Below the pieces are notes generated by a model. It worked only from the letters and a program-made list of their open reading frames with translations, did not search any database and had not been told where the DNA came from. 64,000 bases of DNA, taken from an uncultured Pseudomonadales bacterium (GTDB lineage Bacteria; Patescibacteriota; Microgenomatia; UBA1400; PJMF01). Every line of letters begins with the position of its first letter. Position 1 is the first letter of the stretch. A program made the position numbers and the translations under genes. The DNA is taken from positions 117,452 to 181,451 of the forward strand of contig CAZUHV010000002.1 in assembly GCA_964620965.1 (NCBI GenBank), written 5' to 3'. This document shows positions 26,199 to 34,514 of this stretch, piece by piece.

Positions 26199-27719
26199 CT
26201 AGTGTGTATTCTGTTGCCACGTTCCTTGTGGGGTATTTCTTCTAATTGGAGATGGATCTAAAGCCTGAAATTGTTCAATATCTTCAACACTTCTAAAAAC
26301 TAGCGATAAAATTATGTCTTCTGTTAGGTTATGTACATGAAATGGAACCGTTGGAACTCCGTATGGCAAATGATTTTTATACGCTTTTTTGATCTCGCCT
26401 TCAACAAATGATGGCATTTGAAATGGAAGCATTTTGTTATCTAAATATTTTGTTCGAGCTGAGGCCTCACCTCCATATGGTTTGAAATACTCACCGCCTT
26501 CATCAACGTAATACAACATCCCACCAGGAGACTCAACTGTGCCTCCAGCAACTGCGCGAGAAACTCCAATTCCAGAAGCTCCGAGCGCAAGAGTAGTTGC
26601 AATGTGATCACTCGCTCCACCTTCTACAATTACTGGTATCGAGATCTCACCACGAAGTTCCCAAAGCAAAATTGGCCAATCAATAACACTGCCACTTCTT
26701 ACCCCAGTTATGCACCTTCCACCGCCTCCAATACCAATGTATAGACCATCAGCACCAGCTTCTTCTATTTGTTTTGCTTGTAAAACATCTACTACCTGAC
26801 CAGCAAAAATTTCAACTTCTTGGCCAAACTCTTTCCTTAAAGCCTGGACTGTTCTAACTACAGACAAACCAGGTTCTGGTGAATACACTCTAAAAGTTCT
26901 AATACCAATTTTATATAAAGCTTTTCCTCGTATAATTGCTTTTGCTGGATCAGCATCAAGTACTCCCATAACATTGTGCTTCCAGTGATCAAGTAAAAAT
27001 TGTTTTTCATAATAACTACGACCAATCAACACTTCGCTTTCTTCTAATGCTGTAAAAACTTGCTTTGCTAAATCTACCTGACGAGAAATTTCATTAAATG
27101 GACCATTTCTTGGAACTCCAATAAGAGAAAGGCACTGTGCCATTGTTGAAATCGCATACACACTTCCCCAAGCATCGGGCATTGCAGAACCAACCAGTAT
27201 CGAGCGTGCATATTTTCCTAATTTAACAAAAGGACCATTATTTAGTCTAAACTTTCGAGACACTCTCTCACGCTGAGAACCTACAACTCTTATACCTAAA
27301 TCAGAAATAGAAAGTGCCAATTCTTCTGCAATTGTTTGTTCCATTACCTTGCTTTTAATTTTGGGAGGAGCAACAAATGGTTTCTTTTGAATTTTTTTTA
27401 AAGCTGAAATTCTTTCTGGATGATTAAAAATCTCGAGAAAATATTGACGAACTCTTAAAATCGTAATCATTTCTTTTACAGGGAGCATGCCACGCTGTTT
27501 ATATTCCAAGAAATCAAACGGGGTTTTCAGCAACCCTTGACTTGGGTATGCATTACTGTTTTCTTGACTTTCTGTATACCAATACTTCAGGTATTCTGTA
27601 AGATTTTTTTCAAAAGGTTCTAACTTTTCCAAAATAAATTTTTCCCAAAGTTTCGAATCTCGAAAAGAATTAAAAGGTAAATCTTTAATATTCATGCCAG
27701 AGTACATAGTAACAACCAA
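26199..27719 (-). CDS. IMP dehydrogenase/GMP reductase-family TIM-barrel protein with an approximately 170-aa N-terminal extension
   Basis: GSAMPDAWGSVYAISTMAQ (compare the IMPDH SAAMDTVTE motif), a Cys loop GIGGGGRCITGVRSG, and PVIVEGGASDHIATTLALGASG. Length is 506 aa. Confidence 0.6.
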   Translation of the reverse strand: MVVTMYSGMNIKDLPFNSFRDSKLWEKFILEKLEPFEKNLTEYLKYWYTESQENSNAYPSQGLLKTPFDFLEYKQRGMLPVKEMITILRVRQYFLEIFNHPERISALKKIQKKPFVAPPKIKSKVMEQTIAEELALSISDLGIRVVGSQRERVSRKFRLNNGPFVKLGKYARSILVGSAMPDAWGSVYAISTMAQCLSLIGVPRNGPFNEISRQVDLAKQVFTALEESEVLIGRSYYEKQFLLDHWKHNVMGVLDADPAKAIIRGKALYKIGIRTFRVYSPEPGLSVVRTVQALRKEFGQEVEIFAGQVVDVLQAKQIEEAGADGLYIGIGGGGRCITGVRSGSVIDWPILLWELRGEISIPVIVEGGASDHIATTLALGASGIGVSRAVAGGTVESPGGMLYYVDEGGEYFKPYGGEASARTKYLDNKMLPFQMPSFVEGEIKKAYKNHLPYGVPTVPFHVHNLTEDIILSLVFRSVEDIEQFQALDPSPIRRNTPQGTWQQNTH

Positions 27720-27742
27720 AAGTACCTTTAGGCAATAAGTAT

Positions 27743-28930
27743 TTACTGAAGCTTCGCTACAACTTTTTCTACCAGCGTATCAACCAAATTTGGATAGAAT
27801 GGTGAAACTATAACATTTTCCCTGCTTGGTTCTTCTATCAGCGAAGCAAGAGCCTGTACCAAAGCTATCTTAACTTCCATTGTAATTCTTTTAAGTTGTA
27901 GTGTATGAGCAATCTTAAAAATTGCAGGAAAAGCCAAAATATTATTTATTTGGTTTGGAAAATCACTTCTTCCAGTTGCAATAACGTATGCACCTGCTTC
28001 TTTTGCTAAATCAGGCATAATCTCGGGATCTGGATTTGCCATTGCAAATACTATAGATTTTTCAGCCAAATTTTTTACTAACTCTTGAGAGATAGAACCT
28101 GGTCCAGATACTCCCACAACGACATCAAATCCCTTAAGTACTTCTTCTGGACTTCCCTGTAACTGCGTTTTATTACTGATACCAGCGACTGCCTGTTTGT
28201 ATACATTTAAATCAGATCTTCCAGAAAAAATTGCTCCTTTACTATCAAATACAACCAAATCTTTTACTCTTGGTAGACCAGCAACGTAAGAACAACTACC
28301 AGCTCTACAATTAACTCCAAGTAGCATCTTTGAAACAGCCAATCCTGCTGCACCAGCACCAATTACACCAACTCGTAAATCTTCATAGTTTTTTCCAACA
28401 ACTTTTGCAGCATTCATCAATGCTGCTGCAACAACAATTGCAGTTCCATGCTGATCGTCATGAAAAACGGGAATTCCTAAATCTTGCAAAGATTCTTCTA
28501 TCTCAAAACAGTTTGGAGCTTTAATATCCTCTAAATTTATGGCACAAAAAGTTGGCGCAACTTGTCGAACAAACTCAATAACTTCCTCACTCTTTTTTGT
28601 ACGAATCACAAGAGGAAATGAATCTAATCCAGAAAACTGTTTAATCAACAATGATTTTCCTTCCATGACAGGCAAAGCTGCCTCTGGGCCGATATCGCCT
28701 AAACCAAGTACAGCGGTTCCGTTAGAAATTACTGCAACAGTTCTTCCGTTTAAAGTAAGCTCACGAGAAAGCTCTGGATTTTCTGCAACAACTCTAGAAA
28801 CTGCTCCCACACCTGGTGTGTAGGCTAATGAAAGCTCAGCTGAGTTAGTAATAGAAACCCTCGAAGTAACTTCTAGTTTTCCTTGATTTTTTTTATGCAG
28901 TTCTACTGCAGCTTGAGAAACATCTGCCAT
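27743..28930 (-). CDS. NAD(P)-dependent malic enzyme (short MaeB-type)
   Basis: LSLAYTPGVGAVSRVV, VAVISNGTAVLGLGDIGPEAALPVMEGKSLL and the Rossmann motif VIGAGAAG. It lies 23 nt upstream of the IMPDH-like gene. Confidence 0.85.
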   Translation of the reverse strand: MADVSQAAVELHKKNQGKLEVTSRVSITNSAELSLAYTPGVGAVSRVVAENPELSRELTLNGRTVAVISNGTAVLGLGDIGPEAALPVMEGKSLLIKQFSGLDSFPLVIRTKKSEEVIEFVRQVAPTFCAINLEDIKAPNCFEIEESLQDLGIPVFHDDQHGTAIVVAAALMNAAKVVGKNYEDLRVGVIGAGAAGLAVSKMLLGVNCRAGSCSYVAGLPRVKDLVVFDSKGAIFSGRSDLNVYKQAVAGISNKTQLQGSPEEVLKGFDVVVGVSGPGSISQELVKNLAEKSIVFAMANPDPEIMPDLAKEAGAYVIATGRSDFPNQINNILAFPAIFKIAHTLQLKRITMEVKIALVQALASLIEEPSRENVIVSPFYPNLVDTLVEKVVAKLQ

Positions 28931-28972
28931 ATTTTCCTTTTGTTATCTATTCCCAAAGTATCAGTATACCAG

Positions 28973-29719
28973 CTATTTATACATTTCTCTTAACAAAGCT
29001 CTCACTAGAGGATGGCCAAAAATACCAATGTTTTGCACAGTTTCCCAATATAATTTTTGTTCATCCCCAGAACCAAAACTATCAATTACTATTGTCTGTT
29101 TATCGGCGATTGGTAATTTATATGCTTGCACTAATCCTGAATCAAGCTCGTTTACTCTATAAATTATTTTTGGCAAACCATTGATTTCTTGTCTTGTTGA
29201 GAATTGAAACTCTTGACCAACTTTATTATACAAAAGTTTGGCTCGTAAACGGGCAATCGTAGCTCCAAGCACTGCTGCCCATTCAAATGCTGCATCACTA
29301 GAATAACCTTTACCAAGAATTGTTTCTTCTAATCTCTTTCTTTTAGAGTAATTTAACTTATGTAGCAACCTAATGCCTTTCCAAATTTGCTCTCCAATTT
29401 CGAGTAACTCAGTTGCTAACTTTTCAGGAGATTCTACAGATCCCACAAAATATCCCTCTAAACCCGTTCTACAAGTAACTCTTGTTTCATTTTTTTTGCC
29501 ATTAAGTGGAACTCCCGCTAATCGAATGGCTTGCCAGCGAAAATATGCTTCATCCATTCCGTGAGATTTTTGTTCAGCAAGAGGAAGCTTGCCAGCAGAC
29601 AATCCAGTTTTAACTAACTTACTTAAGGGAACATCTTTATTTGCTATCAAGATTTCATTTGATCTCAAACCTAATTGAGACTCTGCAAAAAGGTGTGATT
29701 CAATACTATGCAGGGACAT
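28973..29719 (-). CDS. hypothetical protein
   Basis: A 248-aa ORF with no recognisable motif. Confidence 0.5.
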   Translation of the reverse strand: MSLHSIESHLFAESQLGLRSNEILIANKDVPLSKLVKTGLSAGKLPLAEQKSHGMDEAYFRWQAIRLAGVPLNGKKNETRVTCRTGLEGYFVGSVESPEKLATELLEIGEQIWKGIRLLHKLNYSKRKRLEETILGKGYSSDAAFEWAAVLGATIARLRAKLLYNKVGQEFQFSTRQEINGLPKIIYRVNELDSGLVQAYKLPIADKQTIVIDSFGSGDEQKLYWETVQNIGIFGHPLVRALLREMYK

Positions 29720-29806
29720 ATTACCTTTCTAAGGATTACCCACTACTATGTATCTTCAATATGTAATCTACACCTAAAAAAAATTTTTGATATTATTGAA
29801 TTTAAG

Positions 29807-30286
29807 TTATGATATATTTATAATAATAAATTTGGTCTCTCCAGTTGGAGTTTGAACAATAACTTGATCGCCAACTTTTTTACGCAATAATGCTTTTCCA
29901 ATTGGGCTTGTATAAGAAATTTTTCCTTTCGATGGATCTGATTCATGTTCACTCACAATTAAAAACGTTTTTTGCTTTTTAGTTTCGTCTAACTTCTCAA
30001 CCGTTACCGTACTCCCAAAATCAATCAAACCTTTAGGAGTAGCCTGTTTGGGAGCTGGAAAACCTTGTAGTAAAAGTTGTTTGTATCTTCGAAGTTCCCT
30101 TGAAACATTTCCAAGCTCAAACTTAGCATATTTGTACGCACCATTTTCTGAAAGATCTCCCATTGCACGAGCTTCTACTAAACGTTGCATCACTTGTTCT
30201 CGTTCTTCAGAAAGTTCTGTAACTTTTTGTTGCATCTCCTTATATTTTTTAGGAGTAAATGGAATTGTCTTTAATACTTTTTGCAT
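29807..30286 (-). CDS. greA: transcription elongation factor GreA (copy 1)
   Basis: GDLSENGAYKYAKFELGNVSRELRRYKQLL (coiled-coil tip) and a C-terminal FKBP-like domain ...GDQVIVQTPTGETKFIIINI. Confidence 0.85.
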   Translation of the reverse strand: MQKVLKTIPFTPKKYKEMQQKVTELSEEREQVMQRLVEARAMGDLSENGAYKYAKFELGNVSRELRRYKQLLLQGFPAPKQATPKGLIDFGSTVTVEKLDETKKQKTFLIVSEHESDPSKGKISYTSPIGKALLRKKVGDQVIVQTPTGETKFIIINIS

Positions 30287-30292
30287 AGATTG

Positions 30293-31090
30293 CTATGCAA
30301 GTGTAGCACTGGTCGCCCTTTTTAACTGGACAAATTTAAAGATGCTAAACAGAACATTCAGAATAAGTAAGTTCATAAGATATGGTAATGGTAATTTAAA
30401 CGCGGACCAAACTGCAAGAGTTCCTCCAAGAATTACCCCATATACCCATTCTTGGGCGTCTATAAGTGGAGTTGTTTTTGGTTCGGTTGCCATAAGTAAC
30501 AGGAAAAAAGCAAATGTACCTTCTAAAATTGTTGTAATTGGAAAACTTCCTTGAAGCAGATATCCAAGAAATAAAAAACTTGCTGTGGTTGCGACTAATG
30601 TTGGAATCTTTTGATATCTTTTAATAATATATAAACCAACTGGAAGAGTGATCAACATTGCAGCACTAATACCAAACTCAGTGAATCGGGGAGAAAAACT
30701 AACTCCCCACCAAGTAGTAGTTAATCCAAACAGATACAATAAACTCAAGCTCACTGCAGCAGGATTAAAAATCGGGTGATGTTGCACACGAATAAAAATT
30801 TTAAATAAAAATGTTAGCAAACCCAGCGCAACTACAAGCAGAGTAGGAGCAGAGGGGTCAGCAAGAAGTAACAAAATTAAAAGGGTAATTGCAATATTAT
30901 CCCACTGAACTTTAATATCCCTCAACTTCATAAATAAAAAAGTAGGAATAACAAAGCTTGCCCCTAATATGAAAAATCTTGTTAACTCTGCAGAATAAAA
31001 ACTAGAACCCTTTAATAACACTGCTAAAGCATATAAAAAGCCTAAAAACAATGTTGTAATCTCAGATGGTTTAAGAAATCTCATACTCAT
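30293..31090 (-). CDS. hypothetical polytopic membrane protein (about 8 TM segments)
   Basis: A 265-aa, highly hydrophobic ORF containing an MATEPKTTP segment. Confidence 0.55.
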   Translation of the reverse strand: MSMRFLKPSEITTLFLGFLYALAVLLKGSSFYSAELTRFFILGASFVIPTFLFMKLRDIKVQWDNIAITLLILLLLADPSAPTLLVVALGLLTFLFKIFIRVQHHPIFNPAAVSLSLLYLFGLTTTWWGVSFSPRFTEFGISAAMLITLPVGLYIIKRYQKIPTLVATTASFLFLGYLLQGSFPITTILEGTFAFFLLLMATEPKTTPLIDAQEWVYGVILGGTLAVWSAFKLPLPYLMNLLILNVLFSIFKFVQLKRATSATLA

Positions 31091-31130
31091 ACTATAATGA
31101 AATTAGAAACTAAAAAAAAGGAGTAAAGAT

Positions 31131-31565
31131 ATGACAAAAAAAGTCTGGTTAATCGGTGCAGTTTTTGCTGTTGCAGGAGGAGTATATCTAGGCACAATCC
31201 TCAGTAATTCTTCTATGCTCTCATTTTTAGAAACTCCTGGAAAAACAGAAACAGAACAAGTGGCAGTTGCAGAAAGCCCATGGACAAAAGCTGAAAATAA
31301 ATTGAGCACCAAACTTGAGTATGAAAGCCCTGCAGGACAAGAAATTAATACTATTACTATCGCAGTAGAAAACGATACTATTACAAGTTTTGAGATGACT
31401 ATTGAAACAAAAAATGATGTCAGTATCGCTTATCAAAAAAAGTTTGTTGCAGAAGTTGAAAAAACAATAATCGGTAAAAAAGTTTCAGAAATTTCTCAAC
31501 TCGATACAGTTGCTGGAGCAAGCCTTACAACTAAAGCATTTACTGCAGCATTTATGCAGATATAA
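31131..31565 (+). CDS. membrane-anchored FMN-binding (FMN_bind) domain protein
   Basis: N-terminal TM LIGAVFAVAGGVYLGTIL. The C-terminal QLDTVAGASLTTKAFTAAF resembles the D.VSGAT.S flavinylation motif of NqrC/RnfG-type FMN-binding domains. Confidence 0.55.
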   Translation: MTKKVWLIGAVFAVAGGVYLGTILSNSSMLSFLETPGKTETEQVAVAESPWTKAENKLSTKLEYESPAGQEINTITIAVENDTITSFEMTIETKNDVSIAYQKKFVAEVEKTIIGKKVSEISQLDTVAGASLTTKAFTAAFMQI

Positions 31566-31623
31566 ATAAAATATCCTTTTACTGGTACTTTATTCTAATG
31601 TATATACGGTACAATGGTGCTTC

Positions 31624-33171
31624 ATGCCAAAACCAGTCATCGACACCACTGCACAAAAAGCACTTGATCTTTTAGAAAATAGCAAAAAACATATTTTTAT
31701 AACTGGAAATGCTGGAACAGGAAAATCCACTCTACTAGAGTACTGGCGTTCAAAAACAAAACAAAATATTGCAGTACTGGCCCCAACCGGAGTTGCTGCA
31801 CTAACAATTAAAGGACAAACAATACACTCATTCTTTGGATTTAGACCAGATATAACTGTTCAAAAAATTTATAAATTTTATAGAAAAAAAGATAAAAAAG
31901 GACTCTACAAAAAACTAGACACTATTGTGATTGACGAAATTTCTATGGTTAGAGCCGATCTTCTTGATTGTATTGATCAGTTTTTAAGAATGCATGGAAA
32001 AAACGAAAACGAGCCATTTGGAGGAATTCGAATGGTTTTTATAGGAGATTTGCATCAACTTCCTCCCGTTGTTACTACAAAAGAGCAAGATATTTTTACA
32101 AACTACTATAAAACTCCATACTTTTTTTCCTCAAATGTTTTTGAAGAGCTTGAACTAACATTTATAGAACTAAAAAAAATATATCGTCAAAGTGATCAAG
32201 AATTTATAGAAATACTTGCAGCAATGCGAGAAAATGCAGTATCAGAACCGCAACTTGAAAAACTCAATTCTAGATTTGATCCACAGTTTGAAACCCCAAG
32301 TAATAAATTCTTCATAACACTAACAACAACAAACAAAACTGCACAGAAAATTAATGAATACCATTTGGCAAAAATTTTTAATGAGCGCTATACCTATTCT
32401 GGTAAAGCAGATGGGAAATTTGATGCAAAATATTTACCAACATCCGCAACTTTAGAGCTAAAAACTGGGGCTCAAATTATGATGGTTGCCAATGATAAAA
32501 AGGGCAGATGGGTAAATGGCTCATTGGGAAAAATTACTGCTATTCAGGCAGATACAAAAGGTGGTTCGGATTTCATTACTGTAGAACTAGAAGACGGCCA
32601 TGAGGTTCAAGTTGAGCCATATACTTGGGAAATGTTTAACATGCAATACAACCCCGCAACCGACAAATTGCAAACCGAAGTTGTAGGAACATATACCCAA
32701 TATCCACTCACACTAGCTTGGGCAATCACAATTCATAAAAGTCAGGGAAAAACATTTGATAATGTTATTATCGACTTTGGTTGGGGAACATTTGCACATG
32801 GACAAGCCTATGTTGCACTTTCAAGATGTACAAGCCTAAAGGGGATTGTATTAACCAAGCCATTTGCACAGAACTTCATTATTATTGATCCACACGTACA
32901 CGCTTTCTTAACAACCTTCAAATACCTTACAAATACTCAACAAGATAAAAACCTTGAGCAACAAGCAATTTTTTCCATTATCTTAAAAGCAATCAATGAT
33001 GGCAACCTGTTAACATTTAAAGATGAACAACAAAATACCAGAACTGTAAAACCATACGAACTTGACCAAGAAAAAAAACTGCTCATTGGGCATTGCTTTA
33101 CACAAAATGAAATACTTGAATTTGATCTCAACAAAATCACAGAAATCAAAGAGCTATTAGGGGTTTCGTAA
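31624..33171 (+). CDS. PIF1/RecD-family ATP-dependent DNA helicase
   Basis: Walker A FITGNAGTGKSTLL, motif II TIVIDEISMV, and C-terminal IHKSQGKTFDNVII / AYVALSRCTS, which are typical of the PIF1/RecD2 superfamily 1 clade. Confidence 0.8.
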   Translation: MPKPVIDTTAQKALDLLENSKKHIFITGNAGTGKSTLLEYWRSKTKQNIAVLAPTGVAALTIKGQTIHSFFGFRPDITVQKIYKFYRKKDKKGLYKKLDTIVIDEISMVRADLLDCIDQFLRMHGKNENEPFGGIRMVFIGDLHQLPPVVTTKEQDIFTNYYKTPYFFSSNVFEELELTFIELKKIYRQSDQEFIEILAAMRENAVSEPQLEKLNSRFDPQFETPSNKFFITLTTTNKTAQKINEYHLAKIFNERYTYSGKADGKFDAKYLPTSATLELKTGAQIMMVANDKKGRWVNGSLGKITAIQADTKGGSDFITVELEDGHEVQVEPYTWEMFNMQYNPATDKLQTEVVGTYTQYPLTLAWAITIHKSQGKTFDNVIIDFGWGTFAHGQAYVALSRCTSLKGIVLTKPFAQNFIIIDPHVHAFLTTFKYLTNTQQDKNLEQQAIFSIILKAINDGNLLTFKDEQQNTRTVKPYELDQEKKLLIGHCFTQNEILEFDLNKITEIKELLGVS

Positions 33172-33261
33172 TCTTATTAACTTCTCACTTGCACAGTAGC
33201 GCCATCTTCGATATAAATTAGTAATCTTATATTTTGAAAATCACTTTTAGAAGGGTTACTA

Positions 33262-33570
33262 ATGTCAAAACAGAAAACACCAAAGTATCTTGATGAGGCA
33301 TTCGAACAAGTTGCAGCAGAACTACTGGCAACTTTCTTAAAAAAACATAAGGACTATGGTAAGGGCAACATAATCTCCATAAAAGAACTTGGAATAACTT
33401 TCAGAATTAGCGAAAAAGCAGAACGTCTTAAAAATCTCCTTATGAGCCCAAACCAACCAGAAAATGAGTCAATCGACGACAGCTGGACAGACATTGGCGT
33501 GTATGCAATTATTGGGATATTATTCCGACGCGGGTGGTTCGAAAAACTCGAAGTGAGACAAGAAAAATAA
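33262..33570 (+). CDS. hypothetical small helical protein
   Basis: A 102-aa ORF lying between the convergent helicase and kinase genes. It shows weak MazG-like all-alpha character (EAFEQVAAELL...KDYG). Confidence 0.4.
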   Translation: MSKQKTPKYLDEAFEQVAAELLATFLKKHKDYGKGNIISIKELGITFRISEKAERLKNLLMSPNQPENESIDDSWTDIGVYAIIGILFRRGWFEKLEVRQEK

Positions 33571-33585
33571 TTTTTTTCTGAAAAA

Positions 33586-34512
33586 CTAGTTTTTTTCAGC
33601 AATAGCCATTTTTAATGCTCCAAAAACAGGTGCAGTATCTGGAACAATAATCTTGATTTGTGGATATACTGCCTTTAGTTGTTCAGAAACTTGAGTATAA
33701 ATATAGTCTACACTCAGGACAGCTCCAGAAAGCACTAAATCAAATTTTTGTAATTCTAATTTTGTTGCAACAGTCTGAATCATTGTAATAATATCCTGCA
33801 CTGTCCAATCAAAAATATCTTTTGCAATTGCATCTCCTTGTTCAAAAGCTTTTGAGCAAAGCAGAGCTAACTCAGCAACCTCGATTTTAGTTAATGGAGG
33901 ATGGTAAACTGAAGTCTTTAAATCTGCAATAGATGCTATTCTAAAATGTTCGCACACTAAGTCTTCCAACATACTTTTCGAGCGTCTTCCATCAAAACTT
34001 TTTACAGCTTCTCTTAAAACATGTCTTCCAATATCATAGCCCGAACCTTGATCTGCAAGCAAGTAATCCATACCAGAAACTTTTGCATATCCACCAGCTT
34101 GGTTAACGCCATAACAAATGCTTCCCGTACCAGCAACCATAATCACAGCATCAGCACTGTCTGTACCATTCTTTAATGCAATGATACTATCATTCATTAA
34201 TTGGAATTTTTTGATTTTATAGTGTGCAATTGCCCTGTTAAAAACTTCATAAGACTGTTCATATTCACTTTGAGAATCAATGCCAGCCAGACCCATCACT
34301 AAAACTTCAAAACCTGTTTGTTCAGACTCTGGAAGCATCTCTATTGCCTGTCTAATTGCTTCAATCAAGTTGAAACTTGCTGCCCCAACAGAAGTAGAAG
34401 TTAGGTTTGTAGGACCTGCTAAACCTCTTCCTACAACAGCTCCATTCTCATCTGCACAGACTGCATCTGTTTTAGTTCCACCTCCATCAACTGCTAAAAA
34501 GTATTTTGCCAT
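33586..34512 (-). CDS. BadF/BadG/BcrA/BcrD-type ATPase (N-acetylglucosamine-kinase-like sugar kinase)
   Basis: N-terminal FLAVDGGGTKTDAVCADENGAVVGRGLAGPTN matches the ASKHA kinase fold. Confidence 0.7.
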   Translation of the reverse strand: MAKYFLAVDGGGTKTDAVCADENGAVVGRGLAGPTNLTSTSVGAASFNLIEAIRQAIEMLPESEQTGFEVLVMGLAGIDSQSEYEQSYEVFNRAIAHYKIKKFQLMNDSIIALKNGTDSADAVIMVAGTGSICYGVNQAGGYAKVSGMDYLLADQGSGYDIGRHVLREAVKSFDGRRSKSMLEDLVCEHFRIASIADLKTSVYHPPLTKIEVAELALLCSKAFEQGDAIAKDIFDWTVQDIITMIQTVATKLELQKFDLVLSGAVLSVDYIYTQVSEQLKAVYPQIKIIVPDTAPVFGALKMAIAEKN

Positions 34513-34514
34513 AA

